64,000 bases of DNA from Promethearchaeota archaeon (GTDB lineage: Archaea; Asgardarchaeota; Lokiarchaeia; Sigyniarchaeales; SOKP01): assembly GCA_030599585.1 (NCBI GenBank), contig JAUVNS010000001.1, positions 256,001 through 320,000 of the forward strand, given 5' to 3'. The translations under genes and the position numbers were made by a program. Of the stretch, positions 1-9,867 are shown piece after piece (within the stretch, counting starts at the first letter, position 1; every line of letters begins with the position of its first letter). The notes under the pieces were generated by a model. The model searched no databases. It was not told the DNA's origin and saw only the letters and a list, made by a program, of their open reading frames with translations.

Positions 1-2222
1 CTTCCTAATCCAACTGTATCGTAATAAGAAGCGCTCAATCTCACATCGTCAGTTTTTGCTATTTCACAGAACCACATGAACACATCGTGATCCAGCTCTT
101 TTCTTTCGGCCGATAAATAGAATTCGTTGTATGTATCAGAATAAATGCTTTGAACGAGCAAATGGGTTTGTTCAACATCGAAATTAATGTTCAGGTCCAA
201 ATATTCCGAAATTTTGTAGCTGTAATAGAGATTTTTTGCGTTCGAATAGTTGAGATGGTTTACCACGAAATTTTTAATTTTAATGACATCCAAGCTAAAT
301 TGATCGATAGCGTTTAAAACATATATAGCATAATATAAATTCTCTAAAGTTAATTCCACGTCGGCTGAATATTTGGAGTCAAAAAATAACTCAAGTGGAG
401 TCTCTACAATATTTCTTACAATGTAAGTTGCCAGTGCGGTTTTATCGAACCCTAAATCAGCGAAATATTGTCCCGTTACATTTCCTAACCCTAGAAATTG
501 GCTAATAATTTCCATTGTTTGTATAGCGTAATAAGAATACTTCAGGTAAACTAACTCGTTTTTCCACTCGGATGAAGACCCTATATTAATATTTATTAAA
601 AAACCACCAAAGTTATCGGTATAGCTTGGATCAAGGAATTGAGAATTGACAACTTCTTGTAAAACAATATTGATATCAAATTGAGAGGCAAAGTCGTTTA
701 ATTTAAAAATTTTCTTCAACGAGTCAAGAGATTTGAAAATATTTTGATGGGAGCCTATGGAATTTATTTCGTCCACGAATTCGTGGTATCCGGCGGTTTC
801 ATAATCGAAAGGTTTCGAGCGAAAACTCGCCTTCTCCAAATCCATACCGGTGCAAGAAAAGAAATCGTAATTACCCCAACGTTCTACTACAGTACCTACG
901 AGTAAATCGTATATCGATTGAATGTTAAGTTCTCCAATTTTCCCGAAGTACTCATATGATGACACTAAGCTGTGGATTAAGTCTACAGAAGTGTAATCCT
1001 CTGAAAGCAAAGAATATCCGCGTTCTTGAGCAAACAAGGCGATAAACGAAGAAATCTCGTCTTTATCACCTAATGACAATTCTAAGATTTCACCCGTGCC
1101 CGAAAGTGACCTTACAATTTGGAACGTGTCAATAAGTTCGTGATATTTCACTGAAGTTGAAGCTTCCCATCCCCCAAAATATTTTCGATTGTTAAGTAAA
1201 AAAGATTTGACCTCGCTTCTTTCAAAAGACCCAAAACCTGTCATATCTGCTAATTCTAAATTGATCGCTGTAGAAACTATATTAGAATAGTTATCCACCC
1301 ACATAGAATCTGAGATGTCAAAATAAGCCCCTTCAGAATGATATAATGTTGTAAGGTGCTGGTGAAACTTGGTTGTATCTATTATATCTATATAACTGCT
1401 TCCGAAAATTTCCAGAGTCTTTAAGCAATAATAAGAAGCAAATTGGTTCGGTTCTGGCTCCATTAGTGAGTCAAACAAGCCATCATTATCGTTATAAAAG
1501 CCCGTAGAAGAGCCCAACGATTGTAAACCGTCAATGTAGAACGTAATATCGCCCCTCTCCTGCGAGCGTAAATTCCAATCAACCCCTAAAGTATCTAAAG
1601 TAATTACGGCGTAATAGGTATTGTCGGCAGTAGGAATTTTAAATCCATCTTCTAACGAGTTATCGTAAGGTTGTCCAATAAATCCGTGTAGACCTTGATG
1701 ATAACAACTCCAAATAAAGTCAAGCATACTCGCAATATTTATTGAATTGACACTATTCAAGATTTCTAACGAAAGAACTGCGTAACAATTAACTTGTAAA
1801 AGCGTGGACAAAGGATAATATCTTCCCTCTATTTTTGAAGCAAAGTATCTCTGAGTGTTCTCGTCCGAAAAGATGTAAGAACTAGAGTTGTAAAACGACA
1901 AGATATAGTCGATTACCGCTTGTTGATCAATATCTCCCAGCTTTCCTATAGCGTCTAAAACATATAGCGCGTAATAAGTAGCTTGAAGAGAGCTAGAATA
2001 AATCTGAGGATAATAACCATAGGCAGCGTAATCGGCGTTTTTTGCATCAAAAACTGCTTGCAACATCTCCAGACTCGAGACATCAGAGGACTCCAGCAGG
2101 TCTAAATTCTCGTTTACTCTATCGCTAGGATTCGCAACAGATTTTATACCTATTGTAGAAAAATAAGCTAAAATTACAATTAAAACAACACTAACTAAAA
2201 CTTGGGGTTTTTTCCATTTCAT
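1..2222 (-). CDS. Secreted/membrane-anchored prenyltransferase/squalene-oxidase-repeat (alpha-alpha toroid) protein, partial (runs off the window start)
   Basis: Not in the ORF track. Hand translation from ATG at 2222 gives MKWKKPQVLVSVVLIVILAYFS (signal peptide), then repeats such as SSLQATYYALYVLDAIG, PTADNTYYAVITLDTLG and NQFASYYCLKTLEIFG, typical of PFTB/squalene-cyclase-like repeats. No stop seen in the part translated. Confidence 0.75.
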   Translation of the reverse strand, partial: MKWKKPQVLVSVVLIVILAYFSTIGIKSVANPSDRVNENLDLLESSDVSSLEMLQAVFDAKNADYAAYGYYPQIYSSSLQATYYALYVLDAIGKLGDIDQQAVIDYILSFYNSSSYIFSDENTQRYFASKIEGRYYPLSTLLQVNCYAVLSLEILNSVNSINIASMLDFIWSCYHQGLHGFIGQPYDNSLEDGFKIPTADNTYYAVITLDTLGVDWNLRSQERGDITFYIDGLQSLGSSTGFYNDNDGLFDSLMEPEPNQFASYYCLKTLEIFGSSYIDIIDTTKFHQHLTTLYHSEGAYFDISDSMWVDNYSNIVSTAINLELADMTGFGSFERSEVKSFLLNNRKYFGGWEASTSVKYHELIDTFQIVRSLSGTGEILELSLGDKDEISSFIALFAQERGYSLLSEDYTSVDLIHSLVSSYEYFGKIGELNIQSIYDLLVGTVVERWGNYDFFSCTGMDLEKASFRSKPFDYETAGYHEFVDEINSIGSHQNIFKSLDSLKKIFKLNDFASQFDINIVLQEVVNSQFLDPSYTDNFGGFLININIGSSSEWKNELVYLKYSYYAIQTMEIISQFLGLGNVTGQYFADLGFDKTALATYIVRNIVETPLELFFDSKYSADVELTLENLYYAIYVLNAIDQFSLDVIKIKNFVVNHLNYSNAKNLYYSYKISEYLDLNINFDVEQTHLLVQSIYSDTYNEFYLSAERKELDHDVFMWFCEIAKTDDVRLSASYYDTVGLG

Positions 2223-2276
2223 TATACTTCACGCAAAGTCTATTATAAAAGCTTTGCATTCCCCATCTACCAAAAT

Positions 2277-2291
2277 TATATAAAGAAAAAA
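2277..2291 (-). promoter_or_regulatory. Pyrimidine-BRE/TATA motif TTTTTTCTTTATATA upstream of the prenyltransferase-fold gene
   Basis: Read directly; divergent intergenic region; 54 nt before the ATG at 2222. Confidence 0.6.
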
Positions 2292-2415
2292 TTAGTGGTA
2301 TTAATTGAAAATTTCTTGGTTATGCCTTTAAACTTATAATAATGAAGGAAATCATTTAAATCCATTAATGAATGGAATAATACTAATTGATGATTAAAAA
2401 GAAATTTGGTTGTGA

Positions 2416-2922
2416 ATGAATATGGTTGTGCTATGGATAAAATGTCCCTATAATAATTCAGTAATAAATTTTGCTTCGAGGTTAGGTCTGATGGCTCTTG
2501 GTACCGTGGGGATAATCTTTTTCAATTTATGGGTTGCTGTCGTGTATTTGTTGTATTCTGTGTTGTTTAACTTTCTATTATTTCCGACTAAGCATTGTCA
2601 ATATTGTTATTACGCAGTAAAGGAAACTACAACCGATAGTAAGACAGGGAAGACTATTGAGAAACTATTACCTAAAGATCAATGGGTAGAATCATGTTTA
2701 GAGAAGCATGTAGAATGCGGGAAGAAATGGTCAAAAGGTTTTTACATCCTCTGGTTTGTTCCAATTATTTTATTAATCGTTTCGTTCTTCATTAGTTTTT
2801 CTGTGTTTGCTTTACTCTCTTTAATTGGCTTTATAGCAGTGTTAGCACTAATGCTGTATTATACTAGAATGAAAATCTGTCCAAGATGCGAAATTATGGA
2901 AGAATGCCATTCATCTTTTTAA
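2416..2922 (+). CDS. Hypothetical membrane protein (about 4 TM) with CxxC motifs
   Basis: ORF track; hydrophobic helices; HCQYC and CPRC motifs. Confidence 0.7.
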   Translation: MNMVVLWIKCPYNNSVINFASRLGLMALGTVGIIFFNLWVAVVYLLYSVLFNFLLFPTKHCQYCYYAVKETTTDSKTGKTIEKLLPKDQWVESCLEKHVECGKKWSKGFYILWFVPIILLIVSFFISFSVFALLSLIGFIAVLALMLYYTRMKICPRCEIMEECHSSF

Positions 2923-2929
2923 CCCTAAA

Positions 2930-3847
2930 TTGGTGAAAAAAATGGAAAAAATGAAAGCGATCGTATGCAAAAAATACGGATCTCCAGACGGTCTTCAACT
3001 TGAAGAGGTAGATAAACCTACCCCAAAGGACAACGAAGTTCTGATAAAAATTCATGCAACAACAGTAACCTTTGGGGACGCGATGCTTCGAAAGCTCAAA
3101 TTCCCTCTTAGATTAATATTTGGTCTCAGAAAAAATGGTATACTTGGGCACGAATTGGCGGGTGTAATTGAAGCAGTAGGTAAAGATGTGACAACTTTTA
3201 AGAAAGGTGACCAAATTTTTGCATCTACGGGTATGCGAGGGGGTACTCATGCCGAGTACATCTGCTTGCCTGAAGATGGACATATTGCAGTATAACCAGC
3301 AAACATGACCTACGAGGAAGCCGCTGCCGTTCCTGTTGGGGGAAATACAGCATTGGACATTCTTAAGAGGGGTAAGATCGAGAACGGACAAAAAGTCCTT
3401 ATCTATGGCGCTTCTGGAAGTGTAGGCACTTATGCGGTGCAACTTGCCAAGTACGCCTTTGGAGCAAATGTTACTGGAGTCTGTAGTACTACAAATCTAG
3501 AATTGGTGAAGTCTCTAGGAGCTGATAAGGTAATTGATTACACTAAGGAGGATTTTACCCAAAATAGTGAGAAATACGACGTTATCTTTGATGCTGTAAG
3601 AAAGCTTTCGTCCTCACGGAGTAAAAATTCGCTAAGGACAAACGGATCCTATCTCTCCGTTCGATCTTCCACAAAAGACAATGTTGAAAATTTAATTTTC
3701 CTCAAAGAACTTATTGAGCTGGGTAAGCTAAGAGCTGTTATAGATAAAACCTATCCATTTGAACAACTCCCCGATGCTCATAGGTATGTTGACAAAGGGC
3801 ACAAAAAAGGCAATGTAGTAATAACTGTGGAACATAACAGCAGTTAA
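2930..3847 (+). pseudogene. MDR-family NAD(P)-dependent alcohol dehydrogenase/quinone oxidoreductase interrupted by an in-frame TAA at 3293-3295
   Basis: ORFs 2930-3295 and 3305-3847 are in the same frame. The junction reads [14 protein letters not shown], where the family has K-P-x-N-M-x-x-E-E-A-A. GroES-like N-terminus and YGASGSVG Rossmann motif are present. Confidence 0.85.
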
Positions 3848-3931
3848 GAAATAGGGTTATCATCGTAAATTATAGAAAGAGTAAAAAAAAAATAAAAAAT
3901 AGAAATTTTGACATTCAATCAAAAGTCATCG

Positions 3932-5212
3932 TCAACAAAGCACGGGTGGACCCTTTGAATTGTAATATTTCCATAGTTCTACATTTACAAGCTCCTGTTC
4001 GTCAAGTATCTCGTTTTTGTCTGAAGCATAAAATTCTTTAGAGTTGAGTTGATGATTGGTGGTAAATTTATCTTGTTTATTGGTAATTGAGGCAACTAAA
4101 TACCCGCTTGCTTCTTTTATAAATAGAAGATGCTCTTTGCTCCCATTTAGGGAATTGTATACTTGATTAGCGTTTCCTAGTATTAATTGGACGATGTCGA
4201 CATTTTCAGGCGATTCTTCAATCGAAACTTCAATTGGATCGATAAAACCAGGGTCAAGCACGCCTAATTTTTGCATAACTTTTTTTAACAATACCGCCGA
4301 TTTTACAAGGGTTTTGAAACCAGGAACTTTAAACCTTTGAATGACTCGCCTCTCTACTTGCCGGTGAATCGTTGACATTTTAATCCCTAATTGGTCACAA
4401 ATTGCACATACGCTCACTTCTTTTTTCTGGGAGCAGAGGAGTGTAATAGAAGTCACTAATCCAACAATAACATCGTCTTTAGTGTTTTTAATTGAATCGT
4501 AAAACCTGTTTAATATCCGTCGTGATTGGTAGTAAAATGGCATACCTAATTTAAAGTGCTCACTCACTTCTAAAATCCGTTCGATTATGTATTGTTTGCG
4601 ATCGCGCTCTTGATATTCGGGCCATATGCGAATAATCGAGAATTTAAAGGCGTTAAAGTCTTTCTTTGAAATTTTTGAAACCTCTAATAGGTCTTTTTCG
4701 CGAACGGGCTTGTTATTCTCTTTGTAGTAAGCATAGATCACGCAAGGTACGAGCATTTCCGCACTTCTGTATTTAGTGCCCTTGCCTAATTGAGCGCGAT
4801 TCTCTTTAAATTTACCTAAAATTACATTAAAATCATTGAGTGAGAAACCTAAAGCGGTTAATATCCTTTTAATCTCAACCTTAGCTGTGATTAAGACATT
4901 TTCTTCAGTCGAACGAGACGCATCAATCCGACTGAGCCCTTCTAACTTGGCAGAATATTGTGATTTACGCCTTTCGGATTTGAAACCAATCTGAGTTTTA
5001 CTTAATACCGCATGTTGAACGACGTCAGCATCGTAGGGCCTATGATATTCTAACTTTTGTGCCTCTAACACTATCCCGCATTCTCGGCAAGTAAATCCTT
5101 CGTGAGTTTCCACAATATCCTGTGATCCACAGATATCACACTGGTAAAATGGATCAAACATAGAAATCGTCTTTAACGATTTTGCTTTATCCATGTTTTT
5201 GGTTGTTGCCAT
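3932..5212 (-). CDS. tfb: Divergent transcription initiation factor IIB (TFB) paralog
   Basis: N-terminal zinc ribbon CDICGS...CRECGIV, two cyclin-like repeats (SAEMLVPCVIYAYYK...EKDLLEVSKISKKDF and VSVCAICDQLGIKMSTIHRQV), plus an extra C-terminal tail of about 100 aa. Confidence 0.85.
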   Translation of the reverse strand: MATTKNMDKAKSLKTISMFDPFYQCDICGSQDIVETHEGFTCRECGIVLEAQKLEYHRPYDADVVQHAVLSKTQIGFKSERRKSQYSAKLEGLSRIDASRSTEENVLITAKVEIKRILTALGFSLNDFNVILGKFKENRAQLGKGTKYRSAEMLVPCVIYAYYKENNKPVREKDLLEVSKISKKDFNAFKFSIIRIWPEYQERDRKQYIIERILEVSEHFKLGMPFYYQSRRILNRFYDSIKNTKDDVIVGLVTSITLLCSQKKEVSVCAICDQLGIKMSTIHRQVERRVIQRFKVPGFKTLVKSAVLLKKVMQKLGVLDPGFIDPIEVSIEESPENVDIVQLILGNANQVYNSLNGSKEHLLFIKEASGYLVASITNKQDKFTTNHQLNSKEFYASDKNEILDEQELVNVELWKYYNSKGPPVLC

Positions 5213-5667
5213 TTTTTTCCAACTTTTTTATAATTTTTTTGAAAAATATCGATTATATTTTAATTACAAAGAATAAAGATCACCAGTTTGCTTTATGAAG
5301 ATATGGTTTTATGAAAAATCTCTAAAATTGTGGGATATAATCAAATGAATAGCGAAAAATAAAGCTGAATCGGTAAATAAACTTTAATTAATTCATGGGT
5401 TAATATGATAACATTCTACATGTAGAAGATTAAGCATGTATTTTTTCATCAAAATCACAATTTCGCAATTTTATTCCGAACAAGGAGAATTTTTGAATCG
5501 CAGGTGCTGAGGTTACAGCCTAAATAAGGAATATGAAGAGATTTGTAATGGAAATTTTGATTAAATACATATATTTATTTGTCTTTTAATCTGAATATAT
5601 CAATAATAACAATAGATTTAGAACTCAACTGAATTAAAGATAATTTTAATAGATTTTTGAAATTGGG

Positions 5668-5751
5668 TTAATTATCTTCGACTTTTCTTAAGTCTCCCGT
5701 TGAAAGTTCTTTATTGAAACTCACTTTTATTCTTACATTTATCTTATCCAT
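5668..5751 (-). CDS. Possible 27-aa small ORF (MDKINVRIKVSFNKELSTGDLRKVEDN)
   Basis: Hand translation; GAGGTG upstream; no recognisable homology. Confidence 0.25.
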   Translation of the reverse strand: MDKINVRIKVSFNKELSTGDLRKVEDN

Positions 5752-5842
5752 AAATTTCTTTTTAAACACCTCTTAAAATTAATGTTTAGTCTAATGAGGA
5801 AATCAAAGAAAGAGTTAATTTATCACTTTTTTTGACATTAAA

Positions 5843-5857
5843 TTTTTCTTTTAAATA
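5843..5857 (+). promoter_or_regulatory. Pyrimidine-BRE/TATA motif TTTTTCTTTTAAATA upstream of the peptidase-radB operon
   Basis: Read directly; 27 nt before the ATG at 5885; divergent region. Confidence 0.65.
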
Positions 5858-5884
5858 CATTCCAATAATAGTAAAGATATAATC

Positions 5885-6652
5885 ATGATTGAATTGTATT
5901 TTTGGCTTCTCGTTATGTTAGGGTTTTCGATGTTGGCTCAGATTTTTTACCGCTATGCCCGAACACCTGGATATAAAGCGGTGTTTAATGTCATAGCTTT
6001 CATTGGAATAGCTGTTCACGAGATGGCCCACTATACACTGGGAACATTATTCGGTGCGAATCCCAGTAAAATGCGGGTGAAATATCGAAGCGATGATAAA
6101 TCAATAGTTGCTCCCCACGGATCAGTCAAATTTCCGGAGATCCAACGATCTTCACTCTTGCAGATTTTTACGATTAGTTTTGCTCCTTTATTGGTATCCA
6201 CATTTCTATTAATGCTTTGCTTGGATGTAATCTTTAACATACAGACCGAATTGTGGGTAAAAGTGGTAGCAATAGTTTTCAGCATCTCGTTAATTATTGG
6301 CTCTGAACCATCAGGTCAAGATATCAAGCAAATAGGCTATTCCTTTCAAAGAGATCCTCGTTATTCTGCTTATCAAATATTCCTGCTAGTGTTATCAGGA
6401 GTATTGGTGTGGTTATTTGTAGATATATATTATTTTGCTCTTCCTTTTGAGGTACTTTATTATATCGGATATTTTATTGTTCTCACTTCTTTTTACTTTA
6501 CGCTGAAAGGAACTTTTTGGATAGTTGGTAGAACTGCTAAAGGAATAGCCAAGAAAATGGGAAAAGTTCAGGTGGCGAGTCCGAAATTTCTTACTCGAAG
6601 GAGGAGGTTTATACACATAAAAGACCCAAACGAAAGAGAGGTGCAATGGTAA
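5885..6652 (+). CDS. M50/M50B-like intramembrane zinc metallopeptidase
   Basis: HEMAH motif in a hydrophobic context, ISFAP motif, PSGQD third-ligand motif, multiple TM helices. Confidence 0.75.
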   Translation: MIELYFWLLVMLGFSMLAQIFYRYARTPGYKAVFNVIAFIGIAVHEMAHYTLGTLFGANPSKMRVKYRSDDKSIVAPHGSVKFPEIQRSSLLQIFTISFAPLLVSTFLLMLCLDVIFNIQTELWVKVVAIVFSISLIIGSEPSGQDIKQIGYSFQRDPRYSAYQIFLLVLSGVLVWLFVDIYYFALPFEVLYYIGYFIVLTSFYFTLKGTFWIVGRTAKGIAKKMGKVQVASPKFLTRRRRFIHIKDPNEREVQW

Positions 6653-6999
6653 ATATGAAAGGATTTTGCTTAATCGCAATAGCAGTTGCGATGTTAATGT
6701 TCTACCAGAAGGAACCATTTTACACGGTAATTATTATCGGTATTGGGGTGGTAATCTATTTCGTTTACAAGGCGAAAAAAAACGGAAATGGGTTGCTCGG
6801 AGCGTTTTTTAGCGGAAATCAGTCTCCTCAAGATAGTAGACTAGACGATTTAATTGCTTTAATGATGCTCCAACAACTCTCCTCGACTAACTCCCAGAGC
6901 AGCAACGCCACTCAACAGATTTCCGAACAAGCTCGAAAACGACGGGAAGCAATCGATAAGACTCAAAAAGAAGTGTTAGACCTATTGAGCAGTGATTAA
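6646..6999 (+). CDS. Hypothetical membrane protein (2 TM plus a short coiled coil)
   Basis: ORF track; overlaps the upstream gene (operonic). Confidence 0.7.
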   Translation: MVNMKGFCLIAIAVAMLMFYQKEPFYTVIIIGIGVVIYFVYKAKKNGNGLLGAFFSGNQSPQDSRLDDLIALMMLQQLSSTNSQSSNATQQISEQARKRREAIDKTQKEVLDLLSSD

Positions 7000-7005
7000 A
7001 ACGCG

Positions 7006-7719
7006 ATGGAGCCAAGTGATCCTTTCAACATTACTTCTCTGTTCGATCTACTAAGGGAACGAAGAATAATCTCAATTTCGGGAGCGTCAAGCACGGGCAA
7101 AACGACATTAGCGCTTCAATTAGTTGCGTCTGTACTAAGTAGCGAGGATAATATCGATGAATGTTGCGTCTGGATACAGGCTAGCGAGCAATTCCCTAAA
7201 AAGCGACTCCACACTTTTTTTAAAAGTTCTCCTGGCAAGTTCGACTACCTCGTAAAAAAAATCTTTTTATATCCAGTGACGTCTCCTTTTTTGAGTTACG
7301 AAGATCAATCAGCCTTTTTAACAACAATAGGAAGTATTATCTTACCTTTTAACACCAAATATTTAGTAATCGACAACATCTCGCACCACTTACGGCTTGC
7401 CTCTTCTTGTTGTTCTAATTTCAAGCAAAAAACTGCGCTATTAGACAGATTTTTTAGCGCTCAACTGTTTCCCCTCATTATGCGCTGTCTAAGGGAAAAA
7501 ATCGTTCTAATTCTAATACACGAGGTCTCTTTTAACCCTAAATTGGGAAAGAATCAACCATTTTTTAATAAGTTGTATTCGAGGATCAACAGCGTAAATG
7601 TTAGTTTATCGAAGCCATTTAATTCCAAGACTAAGCGTATGAAAGTCGTATCGAAAAACAACAAGATCACGAGCGAGCTGAAATATCAAATCTTAGAAAG
7701 AGGGATTTCTTTAGTTTAG
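7006..7719 (+). CDS. RadB/Rad51-paralog-like RecA-fold ATPase
   Basis: Walker A GASSTGKTT, CVWIQASEQFPKKRL (yIdtE-fp-RL equivalent), Walker B LVIDNIS, ILIHEV; no N-terminal HhH domain. Confidence 0.8.
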   Translation: MEPSDPFNITSLFDLLRERRIISISGASSTGKTTLALQLVASVLSSEDNIDECCVWIQASEQFPKKRLHTFFKSSPGKFDYLVKKIFLYPVTSPFLSYEDQSAFLTTIGSIILPFNTKYLVIDNISHHLRLASSCCSNFKQKTALLDRFFSAQLFPLIMRCLREKIVLILIHEVSFNPKLGKNQPFFNKLYSRINSVNVSLSKPFNSKTKRMKVVSKNNKITSELKYQILERGISLV

Positions 7720-7765
7720 TATTAGGTCGTTATATAAAGCAAAAATTTTGCCATCCGATTTTTCC

Positions 7766-7779
7766 TTTTCCTTTAAATA
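7766..7779 (+). promoter_or_regulatory. Pyrimidine-BRE/TATA motif TTTTCCTTTAAATA
   Basis: Read directly; 22 nt before the ATG at 7802. Confidence 0.6.
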
Positions 7780-7801
7780 GCTCTATTTTATAAGTATTAC
7801 G

Positions 7802-8188
7802 ATGATGATCAACACACCTGATCCTAAAATTTCTAATCAAATTAAATGTTCCATTTGCCGTGTCGACATTAAAGATCGCCACACATTGTATCAATCGAGC
7901 TTGAAATTGGGTGTGATCTGCAAACTTTGCCGAGAACGATTCTCTGAAGACGATATCGAGATGATCGTTAACATGTTTTTTGCGTTTGGTGGATTTTTTG
8001 GCCAATTCGAAAAATCCAAGTTTTCCATAGACGATACCATCGTAGAATTTGCAGAACAATTGGACACTAGCAACTCGACCTTTCACTTACAGAATGTGAA
8101 GATGTGGCACAAAATATTAACCCACGGTATCGCTCCTAAAGAGTTTTTAAGTGAGTTATCTACGTACATTGATCAAGGTTTTTTTTAG
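7802..8188 (+). CDS. Hypothetical zinc-finger protein (CSIC...CKLC)
   Basis: ORF track; two CxxC pairs. Confidence 0.7.
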   Translation: MMINTPDPKISNQIKCSICRVDIKDRHTLYQSSLKLGVICKLCRERFSEDDIEMIVNMFFAFGGFFGQFEKSKFSIDDTIVEFAEQLDTSNSTFHLQNVKMWHKILTHGIAPKEFLSELSTYIDQGFF

Positions 8189-8306
8189 AGAAAAAAGAAT
8201 CTTAACTGATAACATAATTTTTATATTGATTTCTATCTCACTTCTATATTAACGATAATTAAATTATGATTCATAAATATTAATCGATTTATTTTTAAAA
8301 ATCAAG

Positions 8307-8702
8307 ATGTCAGACGAAGAACTCAGTAAGCAAATTACTAAAATAGCAGTAGAAATTGAGAAAGTGGACCAGACAGCGAAACAAAAAAAAAACTACTTTA
8401 CAAATAAATGTGATGAGGAATATGATCCTAAAATCAAGGATGTTGGGGAACGGTTGCTACATCACCAAACCGAATTAAATGAACTCCTCAAAAATCTTAA
8501 TGAATTAACAGCGAAAAAGAAGGAATTACTCACTATTACAAAGAAATTGGAATCAGAATACAACTCCTTGATAAAAGAGAAGGAAAAAATCTTTAACCAG
8601 AATATTAAAGCAATTGAAAAAGAAAGGAAAAGTAAAACGAAGGACATTGATACCAAAATTAAATTACTAGAGAAAGAATTGAAAACAAGTGAAAAAAAAT
8701 AA
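8307..8702 (+). CDS. Hypothetical coiled-coil protein
   Basis: K/E/L heptad-rich sequence. Confidence 0.7.
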   Translation: MSDEELSKQITKIAVEIEKVDQTAKQKKNYFTNKCDEEYDPKIKDVGERLLHHQTELNELLKNLNELTAKKKELLTITKKLESEYNSLIKEKEKIFNQNIKAIEKERKSKTKDIDTKIKLLEKELKTSEKK

Positions 8703-8774
8703 GCTTGTAGAGATTAAAGGGATAGAACATTCTAACGGGGATTTTTTATTTATAGAGATGATTAAAAAAAAAAG

Positions 8775-9113
8775 TTAAAGAAGTTTTGTTTCGGTTTTAG
8801 GCGTTGGAGTTTTTATAACCAAGAATCGAAAACTTGCTTCAGATTCGTTTAATAACGTGTGAACGATTTTGGCCGGACTAAAAATTAATTGATCTTTTTT
8901 CACAGTTTCTCTTTCTTTTCCGATCTCGACGATACCTTCACCTTCAAGAACGTAAAAAGTCACGTCTACCGGCGTTATATGCCTTTTGAGAGCTTCACCC
9001 GGCTTTAATTCGATATGTACGATTGTTGCGTGCTCAAAATTCATTAATTTTTTCACAGCTACTTTATGTACGGTGTCCGCAATCTGAACGTCTTTTGTAG
9101 TAATAATTTTCAT
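8775..9113 (-). CDS. Cupin domain protein
   Basis: LKPGEALKRHITPVDVTFYVLEGEG...PAKIVHTLLN cupin motifs. Confidence 0.85.
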   Translation of the reverse strand: MKIITTKDVQIADTVHKVAVKKLMNFEHATIVHIELKPGEALKRHITPVDVTFYVLEGEGIVEIGKERETVKKDQLIFSPAKIVHTLLNESEASFRFLVIKTPTPKTETKLL

Positions 9114-9297
9114 TTTATTTTAACCTAAATTTTCGAGTTATTTTATGATATTCTATATAAATTGATTTACAATATAAGGTTTAAAGTGAACATCTTCGAA
9201 GCGAAACTAATTCATAATCCAATATTTAAAGAATAATTGATAAATGAAGGTTTATTCTAAAACCATTAAAAAAAAAGAAATTTGGGAAGAAAAAATC

Positions 9298-9867
9298 TTA
9301 TTTATGATATTCGATTGTTAGTTGGTTATATAGTTGTAGGTCATAGACTTCAAATGCGTCAGAAATGGAATGGCATCGGATTGTAAAATTATCTAAACCA
9401 TTGCTTTTTACATATACAGAAGACTGAGTTTGATAAGCCGACGAAATCGGATTATCAGTCATCGCAATCCTAACAAAGCTGTGATCGACAACATTATTTC
9501 TTAAAAGACGAACATAATATATCGTCGAAGGTTCAACACTATTCAGGAGTAAGAGAAGTGTAATTTTGTAAAAACCCTCCTCTATTAATTTAAAACTTGT
9601 ATTATTATTGCTTACTTCGATATAATTAGAATTATTAAACTGGTTATTGCCAACTTCAATAAGCCAGGAGTGATCAAATATGTATGGGGCGTATTCTTTA
9701 TTCGTTGCTAAATCATCCCATAATCCTACGAGAATCAGTCCACTATCTGGAGATGTGGTTCCAGGAGTAATAAGTATTTCACTCGTGACGAACATATATC
9801 CGCTTAAACCTAAAGAAGCAATAGCGATGATCCCCAAAAGAAGCATCGCACCTTTTCTTTCACTCAT
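9298..9867 (-). CDS. N-terminally anchored beta-sandwich (C1q/TNF-like) surface protein
   Basis: N-terminal TM IAIASLGLSGYMF; EEGFYKITL and beta-rich C-terminus. Confidence 0.6.
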   Translation of the reverse strand: MSERKGAMLLLGIIAIASLGLSGYMFVTSEILITPGTTSPDSGLILVGLWDDLATNKEYAPYIFDHSWLIEVGNNQFNNSNYIEVSNNNTSFKLIEEGFYKITLLLLLNSVEPSTIYYVRLLRNNVVDHSFVRIAMTDNPISSAYQTQSSVYVKSNGLDNFTIRCHSISDAFEVYDLQLYNQLTIEYHK

